Below are positions 51,719-60,200 of a stretch of DNA of 64,000 nucleotides, piece after piece (position 1 is the stretch's first letter; each line of letters starts with the position of its first letter). Origin of the DNA: Spirochaetia bacterium (lineage in GTDB: Bacteria; Spirochaetota; Spirochaetia; SZUA-6; Bin103); assembly GCA_965203905.1 (NCBI GenBank), contig CBDBDQ010000005.1:7456001-7520000 (forward strand), given 5' to 3'. The notes under the pieces are model-generated. The model saw only the letters and a program-made list of their open reading frames with translations, ran no database searches and had not been told where the DNA came from. The position numbers and the translations under genes were made by a program.

Positions 51719-52747
51719 TCAGCCCCCGATCTGGTACATCTCGATCTTGCGCTCGCGACTGCGCTGGAAGCGCGTCACCTGGGCACGCTCCTCCGAATAG
51801 CGATCGGTGCGCCGGCGCCAGACGCTGCCGATCAGCTCGGACAGCTCCTCGTCATCGGCGCCGCTGCGCAGAGGCGTACGCAGATCGGTGCCCTTCCAGG
51901 CGAACAGGCAGGTGTACAACCTGCCGTCGGTCGACAGGCGGGCGCGGCTGCAGTCACTGCAGAAGGGCGCGGAAATGGATGACACGAAGCCGATCTCGGT
52001 GCGCGTGCCCGACACCCGGTAGCGCTGCGCCACCTCGCCCCGATACGCCGCGCTCACCGGCTCCAGCGGAAACTCCTCCTCGATGACCGCCTTGAGCTGG
52101 GCGCTGGTCACTACCGCCTCGGGGTCCCAGCCGTTGCGGTTGCCCACGTCCATGTACTCGATGAAACGGATCGCGACGTCCTGGCCGGCGAAGGTACGCA
52201 CCAGGTCGAGCACGCCATGGTCGTTGACGCCGCGCTGCACCACGGCATTGAGCTTGAGCGGCGCCAGCCCGACTTCCTGCGCCCGTGCGATCCCGGCAAG
52301 GACGCGGTCGATGGGGATGCCGAGCCCGTTCATCCGCGCGAACGTTTCCGGATCGGTCGAGTCGAGACTCACGGTGACGCGCTGCAACCCCGCGGTCCGC
52401 AGCGCGTCCGCCTGCTCGGCCAGCAGGTAGCCATTGGTGGTAAGGGCCAGGTCGTCGATCTCCGGAATCTCGGTCAGGGCAGCGATCAGCTCGGACAGTC
52501 CCGGCCGCAGCAACGGCTCGCCGCCAGTCAGGCGCACCTTGGTCACCCCATGGGCCACAAACAGGCGTACCAGACGCTGCACCTCGGCGAAGCTCAGGTA
52601 TTCCGCCGTTGGCAGGAACTGATAATCGTCGCCGTAGGTGTCCTTGGGCATGCAATAGGGACAGCGGAAATTGCAGCGATCGATCACCGAGATGCGCAAG
52701 TCGCGCAAAGGCCGATCGAACACGTCGCGCACCGTGCCGGAGCTCAC
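51719..52747 (-). CDS. moaA: GTP 3',8-cyclase
   Basis: DLRISVIDRCNFRCPYCMP, RLTGGEPL, FCSDCSRARL...G.LYTCL, C-terminal IGG. Start approximate. Confidence 0.95.
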   Translation of the reverse strand: MSSGTVRDVFDRPLRDLRISVIDRCNFRCPYCMPKDTYGDDYQFLPTAEYLSFAEVQRLVRLFVAHGVTKVRLTGGEPLLRPGLSELIAALTEIPEIDDLALTTNGYLLAEQADALRTAGLQRVTVSLDSTDPETFARMNGLGIPIDRVLAGIARAQEVGLAPLKLNAVVQRGVNDHGVLDLVRTFAGQDVAIRFIEYMDVGNRNGWDPEAVVTSAQLKAVIEEEFPLEPVSAAYRGEVAQRYRVSGTRTEIGFVSSISAPFCSDCSRARLSTDGRLYTCLFAWKGTDLRTPLRSGADDEELSELIGSVWRRRTDRYSEERAQVTRFQRSRERKIEMYQIGG

Positions 52748-52775
52748 TGCAAGACTCCGTACGAGCCCGGCAACA

Positions 52776-54029
52776 TCACGATACCGCCCCCGCGGGGCCT
52801 CCGCCCCATCCCAGCGGCTGCCACGGATACAGGGGCACCACGCTGCCGGCGGGAAACTGATCCTCGGCCGCGTCCAGTTCCACGAATCCGTCGGTGCCGA
52901 CCAGCGCAAGAAAGTCGCCCGAGTTCTGCGCCGGCGCCGGCCGCGCGTGCAGCATGCCGCCGGCCGCCTCCAGCAGCACCGGCAGAAACATGGTCAACGG
53001 CGGCGGGAACCGCACCGCTTCGACCAGGGTCGCGTGCTGTGCCGGCGGTGGGACCGCCCCCTCGGCGGCCTCGAGGAACGGCACCACGTAGCGGCGCAGA
53101 CAGGCCATCACCGAGACCGGATTGCCGGGCAGCGCGAACACCCGCTTGCCGGCGCCGGTGCCGCCGATCCACAGCGGCTTGCCGGGCCGCTGGCGCACGC
53201 CGTGCAGATAGCGCTCCACGCCCAAACCCTCGAACACTCCCGGCAGGAAGTCGGCGCTGCCCTGAGACACGGCACCGGTGGTGATCAGCACGTCGTGCTC
53301 GCGCAGGGCATCACCCATGCCGGCCGTGAGCCTGCCGACGTCATCGGGCAGATGCCCCGCATCCACCTGGTAGCCCAGGGCGGCCAGCGCCGCGGCCACA
53401 GTATAGCCGTTGGAACGCCGCACCTGGTGCGCGGCGATCGGCTCGCCCACGTCGATCAGCTCGTCGCCGGTGGAGATCACGGCCACCCGCGGCCGCCGGC
53501 CGACCGCCACCTGGGCGCGGCCCACCGAGGCCAGGACCGCGATGTCCGCCGCCGTGATACGCCGGCCGGGGGTAAGCACCGTGGTGCCGGCACGGGTGTC
53601 GGAGCCCCGCCGGTGCACGTTCTGTCCGGGCACAAGGGGGGCCTCCGGCCGCAGCCACGCGCGTTCGCCTTCCAGGCGCAGGTCCTCGCTGCGGATCACC
53701 GTGTCGCAGCCGGCCGGCAGCACGGCTCCCGTCATGACCCGCAACGCGCCGTGGTCGCGGTCGCTCAGCGTCTTGCGCGGCTCGCCGGCGCGCGCTTCGG
53801 CCTCCAGGCACAGCGGCCGCTGCCCCCGCTCCAGGACGCCGGCGGAGACGGCGATGCCGTCCATGGTGACGCGGTCGTGGGGCGGCAGGTCGCGGTCCGC
53901 CAGCACCGGTTCGCGCAGCACGCGCCCCACCGACGCCATCAGGGCACACTGCTCCGGCGGCAGCGTCACGGCGCGGGCGGTCAGGAGATGATCGACGTCG
54001 GCGACGGAGTTCATGGCGGTGTTGGTCAT
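52776..54029 (-). CDS. moeA: Molybdopterin molybdotransferase
   Basis: PP.DR..MDG, MTGAVLP.G.D, STGDEL, TTGAVS.G..D, QRPGKP, LPGNPVS. Confidence 0.94.
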   Translation of the reverse strand: MTNTAMNSVADVDHLLTARAVTLPPEQCALMASVGRVLREPVLADRDLPPHDRVTMDGIAVSAGVLERGQRPLCLEAEARAGEPRKTLSDRDHGALRVMTGAVLPAGCDTVIRSEDLRLEGERAWLRPEAPLVPGQNVHRRGSDTRAGTTVLTPGRRITAADIAVLASVGRAQVAVGRRPRVAVISTGDELIDVGEPIAAHQVRRSNGYTVAAALAALGYQVDAGHLPDDVGRLTAGMGDALREHDVLITTGAVSQGSADFLPGVFEGLGVERYLHGVRQRPGKPLWIGGTGAGKRVFALPGNPVSVMACLRRYVVPFLEAAEGAVPPPAQHATLVEAVRFPPPLTMFLPVLLEAAGGMLHARPAPAQNSGDFLALVGTDGFVELDAAEDQFPAGSVVPLYPWQPLGWGGGPAGAVS

Positions 54030-54104
54030 ACCAGCGTACTGCCGCGCTCCGGCCCGGGTCAACGAACGTGCACGCCAGGTGCATTTGGATTACGGTGGAT
54101 GACG

Positions 54105-55040
54105 ATGGTACGGCTGGGAGCAGGCGGACTGCTGGTGCGGTGCGTCGTTGCAGCGGTAGTGGCTACCGTCGCCACGATGACGGCCCCGGCGCACGACGTG
54201 CCGGACGAGGTGGCGCGTATTGCGATTGTGTCCGCGTTCGCGCCGGAGCTGGCGCTGCTGCGGGAGGAGCTGTCCGACGCGGCGGTGTACTCGCTGAACG
54301 GCGTGGAGTTCGTCACCGGCACTCTGCAGCGGCGCGAGGTGGTGTTGTTCCTGAGCGGCATCAGCGTGGTCAACGCGGCGATGACGGCGCAGCTCGCAGT
54401 GGACCATTTCGAAATCGAGCGGATCGTGTTCTCCGGCATCGCGGGCGGTGTCGACCCCGCGTTGCGCATCGGCGACGTGGTGATAGCGGACCGCTGGGGC
54501 CAATACCTGGAGCTGGTGTTCGCGCGCGAGGCGGAGGGAGGCTGGCGGACGCCGCCCTTCTTCGACTACCCCTACGCCAACTTCGGCATGCTGTTTCCGC
54601 GCGCGGTCAGCGTGCAGCGCGCCGGCGCCGACGGACCCGAGACCCGGTTCTGGTTTCCGGCGGATCCGGCACTGCTGGCCGCCGCCCGGGTGGCGGCCGC
54701 GGAGGTCGTGCTCGCACGCTGCACCGCGGACGGCACCTGTCTGCGGTATGGCCCCAGGGTCGTCGTCGGCGGGCCGGGAGTCTCGGGCAGCGCCTTCATC
54801 GACAACGCGGAGTTCCGGGAATATGCGTTCGATACGTTCGGCGCACGGGTGCTGGACATGGAGAGCGCGGCGGTGGCGCACGTGGCCTACGCCAACGGGA
54901 TTCCGTTCCTGGCGATCCGCAGCCTGTCCGACCTGGCCGGCGGCGGCGACGGCGAGAATCAGATGGAAGCCTTTCTCGGTCTCGCGGCGGGCAACGCGAC
55001 GGCGGTCGTCAAGGCGCTGCTGCGCGCCCTGCCCGACTAG
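54105..55040 (+). CDS. MTA/SAH nucleosidase (PNP/UDP superfamily) with signal peptide
   Basis: IAIVSAF.PE, LSGISVVNAA, FSGIAGG, DMESAAVAHVA, IRSLSDLAG. Start 54099 or 54105. Confidence 0.85.
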   Translation: MVRLGAGGLLVRCVVAAVVATVATMTAPAHDVPDEVARIAIVSAFAPELALLREELSDAAVYSLNGVEFVTGTLQRREVVLFLSGISVVNAAMTAQLAVDHFEIERIVFSGIAGGVDPALRIGDVVIADRWGQYLELVFAREAEGGWRTPPFFDYPYANFGMLFPRAVSVQRAGADGPETRFWFPADPALLAAARVAAAEVVLARCTADGTCLRYGPRVVVGGPGVSGSAFIDNAEFREYAFDTFGARVLDMESAAVAHVAYANGIPFLAIRSLSDLAGGGDGENQMEAFLGLAAGNATAVVKALLRALPD

Positions 55041-55114
55041 TTCGGCCTTCGCGCGGCTCATGCGGCTGCGGTACCTTGTCCAACAGGCGCCGATGCGCCA
55101 TGTTAGACTAACCC

Positions 55115-56071
55115 ATGCAACAGCGGGACATCGCGCCGTACTGCGAACAGGTTCGCACCATCGAACGCAACGTGTGCGAGGTATTCATCGGCAAGCAGCG
55201 TCAGGTACGGCAGATGCTGATCGGGTTCATCGCCGGTCTGCACGTGCTGATCGAAGACGTCCCGGGGGTCGGCAAGACCACGCTGGCGCGCTGCCTGGCG
55301 GCCAGCACCGGCATCGACTACGGCCGCATCCAGTTTACTCCGGATCTGCTGCCCGGCGACATCGTCGGGATGACGGTGTGGAACAACGAGAACCGCCAGT
55401 TCGAATTCAAGCAGGGTGCCATCATGCACCAGTTCATCCTGGCGGACGAGATCAACCGCGCGTCGCCGCGCACCCAGTCCAGCCTGCTGGAGGCGATGCA
55501 GGAAGGCTCGGTGACCGTGGACGGCACCACCTACCGGCTGCCGGAGCCGTTCTTCGTCATCGCCACCCAGAACCCGGTCACCTTCATCGGCGTGTTCCAC
55601 CTCCCCGAGGGGGAGCTCGACCGTTTCGGCATCTCCCTGTCGATCGGCTATCCCCACAGCGACGACGAGGTTCGTATCCTGGACCAGTACGCGGCGGATC
55701 CGCTGCACGAGCTGCAGCCGGTGGTGCAGCCCGAGGACGTGAAAGAGCTGCGCAGCGTGGTGAGCTCCGTCACGGTCTCGCCCGACGTGCGCCGCTTCAT
55801 CATCGGGCTGGCCAACCAGACCCGCACCAGTTCCCTGCTGCGGCTCGGCATCAGTCCGCGCGCTTCGCAGCACATCATGCTGGCCGCGCAGGCTGAGGCG
55901 CTGATCACGGGCCGCGACTACGTGATGCCGGAAGACGTGATGGCCGTGGCCGGCATCGTGCTCACGCACCGCGTGGTGCTTTCGGCCGAGGCGCGCATGG
56001 AGAACCTGTCCCCGGCGCAGGTGGTGGAGCGGATCCTGCAGCAGGTACCGATACCCACCGGGCTGTCGTGA
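55115..56071 (+). CDS. moxR: MoxR family AAA+ ATPase
   Basis: HVLIEDVPGVGKT, RIQFTPDLLPGD, LADEINRASPRTQSSLLEAMQE, ATQNP. Confidence 0.95.
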   Translation: MQQRDIAPYCEQVRTIERNVCEVFIGKQRQVRQMLIGFIAGLHVLIEDVPGVGKTTLARCLAASTGIDYGRIQFTPDLLPGDIVGMTVWNNENRQFEFKQGAIMHQFILADEINRASPRTQSSLLEAMQEGSVTVDGTTYRLPEPFFVIATQNPVTFIGVFHLPEGELDRFGISLSIGYPHSDDEVRILDQYAADPLHELQPVVQPEDVKELRSVVSSVTVSPDVRRFIIGLANQTRTSSLLRLGISPRASQHIMLAAQAEALITGRDYVMPEDVMAVAGIVLTHRVVLSAEARMENLSPAQVVERILQQVPIPTGLS

Positions 56072-57375
56072 GCAGCCGCCTGGCCCCGACGCCGTTGCAG
56101 TGGGGAGCGCGCCTGGTGGCGCGGTTCCCCTTTACGTTGCGGCTGCGTGCCTGCGGCATCTACCTGTTCGCCATCGTCATCGGCTACCTGGCGGCCGCCT
56201 ACCTGGGGACCTTCTTCGCGGTGTTCGCCACCATGTTCATCCTGCTGCCGCTGATCTCCCTGCTGCTGCTGGTGATCGCCAGCGCCGGCCTGCGCTACAG
56301 CCAGCACTTCAGCAACGAGCAGCCGGTCAAGGGGCAGGAGCTGCAGTATCGCTGCATCATCGAAAACGGCTCCGCCCTTCCCCTGCCGCGGGTGCGGGCG
56401 CTGTTTCGCGCGATTCGTCCCACGGCGGACGCCGCCCACGACAGCGGGAGCGGGGACGGCGCGGCCTCCCAGAGCCTGCTCACCTACCTCCCCGGCCACC
56501 AGTACGTGGAGCGGGAACAGACCGTGCAACTGCCCTACCGCGGCATCTACACCGTGGGGCTGGACCGCATCGAGCTGGGTGACACGCTGCAGCTGTTCAC
56601 GGTGCGCCCCCGCGTCAAGGTGCGGGAGTTCCGGGTCTACCCGCGCATCCTCCCCATCGGCAGCTTCGAACCCGGCTCGGAGCGGCGCCTGGGCACCTCC
56701 GAGGTGGGCTCGCTCGGCACCCTGCCCGACTATTCGCTGTTCAACCAGCTGCGCGAGTACCGGCCCGGCGAATCGGTGCGCCACCTGGCGTGGAAGAAGT
56801 TCGCCAGCACCGGGGTGCCGGTGGTCAAGGAGTACGACTCGACCAGCGAGCCCGCGGTGAGCATCTACGTGGACCTGCGGCCGGTACCGCCCGCCGCCCC
56901 CGATGTGCTGCTGACCGAAGACGTTACCGTGGAAGCCCTGGTGGCACTGGTGAACCACTTCCTGCAGCGCAACCTGCCGGTCACGGTACGTGCCGCGAGC
57001 CGCGAGCTGTACGAGTTCATCGGCGACCACAGCTCGGACTTCGCACGCTTCTACGAGTCTACCTTCGAGCTGCTGTTCGTCAGCGACATCTCCGCCGCGC
57101 GCCTCTACGAGACCCATCTGGAGACCGGCATGAACACCGAGGTCAACTCGATGTTCTTCATCACCCACCTGCTCGACCCCGAAATCCTGCTGCTGCTCGA
57201 AGAGCAGCGCGCCAGCAACTTTCAGGTGACGCTGATCTACAACCAGACGGCGGGGGTGGGAGATACCCACGGCGCCTACTTCAGCCGCCTGCGCGAGCAG
57301 GGCACGCGGGTGGTCACGCTGCGCAGCGCAGGCTCGATCGTCGCCGACCTGGAGGCAGGCCATGAAGAAAGTTGA
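56068..57375 (+). CDS. DUF58 domain protein
   Basis: N-terminal TMs, RG.Y, VYPR, LREYRPGES.RHLAWK...VVKEY. Confidence 0.9.
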   Translation: MSSRLAPTPLQWGARLVARFPFTLRLRACGIYLFAIVIGYLAAAYLGTFFAVFATMFILLPLISLLLLVIASAGLRYSQHFSNEQPVKGQELQYRCIIENGSALPLPRVRALFRAIRPTADAAHDSGSGDGAASQSLLTYLPGHQYVEREQTVQLPYRGIYTVGLDRIELGDTLQLFTVRPRVKVREFRVYPRILPIGSFEPGSERRLGTSEVGSLGTLPDYSLFNQLREYRPGESVRHLAWKKFASTGVPVVKEYDSTSEPAVSIYVDLRPVPPAAPDVLLTEDVTVEALVALVNHFLQRNLPVTVRAASRELYEFIGDHSSDFARFYESTFELLFVSDISAARLYETHLETGMNTEVNSMFFITHLLDPEILLLLEEQRASNFQVTLIYNQTAGVGDTHGAYFSRLREQGTRVVTLRSAGSIVADLEAGHEES

Positions 57376-59521
57376 GTGGTGGTTGTCCGCCGAACGGATC
57401 AAGGCACTGCTGGCGGTGGGGTACGGGGTGGGGATCCCCCTGCTGTTCTGGGCCAACACGCAGTCGTCGCTGGCGCTGTATCTGCTGCTGGCGGTGGTGG
57501 TCCCGATGACGGTGCTGCACGTCAGCCGGGCGCTGGCGCGGGGCGCGCTGCGCGCGACGCTGAGCACGGTCTCGCTGCTGGCGACGGCGGCGTTCGGGGT
57601 GTCGGTGCTGATCGGCATCATCATCACTCCCTTCTCCGCCTACAAGCTGTGGTTCGAGGCGATGGCCGAAGGCACCGGGACCGGAACGGTTTCCAACCTG
57701 TTCACCCTGCTGTCCGCGTTCTTTTCCACCTCCCTGGGAGCCACCTTCATCAGCATGGGCTACGTGTGGCCGCTGCTGCTGTCCGCGGCCTTCGTGTCCG
57801 CCCTGGTCGCGGTAATTCTGCAGGTCACCCCGCTGTACGTGCTTACCCTCGTGGCCGGCCTCGTCTGCGTCTGCTACCTGCTGTTCCGCGGGCGCGAGGG
57901 CAGCTACCGGATCCGGCGCGCGGTGTACGCGAGCGGCCTGTTCGCCGCGGTGCTGGTGAGCGCCACCCTGCTGTCCGGCAGCCGCGCCGCCACCGGCAGC
58001 CAGTTCATCGACGTGACCCTGCATCCGCAGCTGCGCCAGTACGTGTCCAACACCCTGCCACAGTTTCCCCTGCTGTACGGCATTCCCGGCTACGGCTACT
58101 CGTTCCAGGAGCGCTCCCTGGGCGGCTCGCCGGTGCTCTCACCGCTGCCGATTTTCCGGGTGACGGCAGACGTCGACGGTCCGCTGTACCTGAAGACCGA
58201 CGTGTTCGACTACTACGACGGCAAGAACTGGAAGACCACCTTCAAGCCGGAGCACAGCATCTCCCCGGATTCGGTGCTGCTGCGCGGCCGCCCGCGCCGG
58301 CGCGACGCGGCGATTCGGGTGGAGCTGCTGATCGACTTCTACAACAAGCTGCCCTACACCCTGGACGCCAGCGTGTTCCGCTTCGGGCGCAACGTTCCGG
58401 TTCTGGACAACGGCCACTTCCACCGCGGCTTCCAACTGGTCGAGCCGCTGGTGGCGGGCGACGTGCTGTTCATCGAGCGCGACGGCGCGGCAGCCACCGA
58501 GCTGTCGGACGAGGAACGCCGCCGCTACCTGCAGTTGCCGCGCGGGATCAGCCGCGAAGTGCGGGAAATCGCGGCCAGCTTCGAGGACCCCGCGATCACG
58601 CCGCGCCAGCACATGAACGGCATCGCCAACTACCTGTCGGATACCTGCACCTACTCCCTCAACGTGGACAACCTGCGCCGTTCCGAGGATTTTCTGGACA
58701 AGTTCCTGTTCGAGGAGCGGAAGGGCTACTGCGTGCACTTCGCCACGGCGTTCACCGCCCTGGCGCGGCTCAACGGCTACCCGGCGCGCTACAACACCGG
58801 CTTCCTGATCAACTTCCCCGCCGGCAAGGACGAAACCGACGTGACCGGCCTCGCCGCCCACAGCTGGCCCGAGGTCTGGATCGAGGACAGTGGCTGGGTG
58901 CGCTGGGAGGCGACGCCGGCGGTGAACCCCAGCGCCTACAGCAACTTCTTCGACGAGGAAGAGCTGCTGGCGATGTACGGGTTCGAGATGGAGATGGACT
59001 CCTTCACGCTGCGCCAGGTGCAGTCGATCCTCGGCGACCGCGAGCTGGACGTACCGCTGGAGGATGCCGAGGGAGCGCTGGCCGAGCAGCAGGCCTGGTC
59101 GCCGTGGCAGATCGGCGGCGCGGTTGCCGCCGCGCTGGTGCTGGCGCTGCTCGTCTGGCGCGCGATCCGCCGTCTGCGGGCGCAGCCGGTGGCGCGCGAG
59201 TTGCGACCGCTGATCCGCCTGTCGCAGCGCTACGTGCTGCTGGGGCGCACGCTGGGCGTGCCCGATCCGCGCCGCACCGGCTGGGTGGCGTGGCGCGACG
59301 CCTACCGCGAGCGCAGCGCACGCCGGGCGCCGGCCGCGCGGCGCCTGCTGGAGCGGTTCACCACCGTGGTGGCGCAGGCCGTATACGGCGGCCGCCACGC
59401 CACCGCGCGCGACCTGCGCTTCATCCGCGCCGCCTACTGGCGCCTGCTGCGCTACCGCCTGTTCGGTACGCGCCGCGCGCAGACCGCTTCCGAGCCGGCG
59501 TCCGATTCCGCCGCGCAGTAG
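57362..59521 (+). CDS. Transglutaminase-like domain membrane protein
   Basis: Multiple TMs, YDGKNW, GYCVHFATA..L.RLNG.PARY.TGF, AHSWPEVW..GWVRWEATP. Confidence 0.9.
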   Translation: MKKVEWWLSAERIKALLAVGYGVGIPLLFWANTQSSLALYLLLAVVVPMTVLHVSRALARGALRATLSTVSLLATAAFGVSVLIGIIITPFSAYKLWFEAMAEGTGTGTVSNLFTLLSAFFSTSLGATFISMGYVWPLLLSAAFVSALVAVILQVTPLYVLTLVAGLVCVCYLLFRGREGSYRIRRAVYASGLFAAVLVSATLLSGSRAATGSQFIDVTLHPQLRQYVSNTLPQFPLLYGIPGYGYSFQERSLGGSPVLSPLPIFRVTADVDGPLYLKTDVFDYYDGKNWKTTFKPEHSISPDSVLLRGRPRRRDAAIRVELLIDFYNKLPYTLDASVFRFGRNVPVLDNGHFHRGFQLVEPLVAGDVLFIERDGAAATELSDEERRRYLQLPRGISREVREIAASFEDPAITPRQHMNGIANYLSDTCTYSLNVDNLRRSEDFLDKFLFEERKGYCVHFATAFTALARLNGYPARYNTGFLINFPAGKDETDVTGLAAHSWPEVWIEDSGWVRWEATPAVNPSAYSNFFDEEELLAMYGFEMEMDSFTLRQVQSILGDRELDVPLEDAEGALAEQQAWSPWQIGGAVAAALVLALLVWRAIRRLRAQPVARELRPLIRLSQRYVLLGRTLGVPDPRRTGWVAWRDAYRERSARRAPAARRLLERFTTVVAQAVYGGRHATARDLRFIRAAYWRLLRYRLFGTRRAQTASEPASDSAAQ

Positions 59522-59559
59522 CTCCGAACCAGTACGAATACGTACCTTCTGTACGACAG

Positions 59560-60192
59560 ATGGCAGCGATTGAAGACAGGGCACGCGCCCGCGCGGACCG
59601 GAGCGAGAACGGTGTGCGGCGCGTGGCTCACGCGGCGTTCCCGACCCTGTTCGGGGAGTTCACATTGATCGGCTTCGAAGACCGCGAGACCGACAGCGAG
59701 CTCACCGCGGTGGTGCGCGGCAACGTGCGCGGCGCCACCGATTGTCCGGTGCGGGTGCACTCCGAGTGCCACACCGGCGACATCTTCGGCTCCCTGCGCT
59801 GCGACTGCCGCGAGCAACTGGAGGAGTCGCTGCGCTACATCGCCGCGCGCGACTGTGGTGCCGTAATCTACCTGCGCCAGGAGGGGCGCGGGATCGGCCT
59901 GCTGAACAAGATCCGCGCCTACCACCTGCAGGACCAGGGCCTGGACACCGTGGCCGCCAACGAACGGCTCGGCTTCCCGGCCGATGCCCGCGACTACCGG
60001 GTCGCCGCGCGCATCATCGAGCTGCTCGGCATCGCCTCGGTCCGCCTGCTGACCAACAATCCCGCCAAGATCACCGGCCTGCAGCAGGAGGGAATCACCG
60101 TCAGCGGCCGCATCCCGGTCGTGGTGCCCGCCAACCGCGTCAACGGACCCTACCTGGCCACCAAGCGCGCCCGCCTGGGCCACCTGCCGTAG
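59560..60192 (+). CDS. ribA: GTP cyclohydrolase II
   Basis: VRVHSECHTGDIFGSLRCDC, YLRQEGRGIGL.NK, LLTNNP.K. Confidence 0.95.
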   Translation: MAAIEDRARARADRSENGVRRVAHAAFPTLFGEFTLIGFEDRETDSELTAVVRGNVRGATDCPVRVHSECHTGDIFGSLRCDCREQLEESLRYIAARDCGAVIYLRQEGRGIGLLNKIRAYHLQDQGLDTVAANERLGFPADARDYRVAARIIELLGIASVRLLTNNPAKITGLQQEGITVSGRIPVVVPANRVNGPYLATKRARLGHLP

Positions 60193-60200
60193 CTCGACTA

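Noticed and set aside
55115-59521. MoxR-DUF58-transglutaminase trio as a new system
   Set aside because: Well-known conserved gene arrangement.
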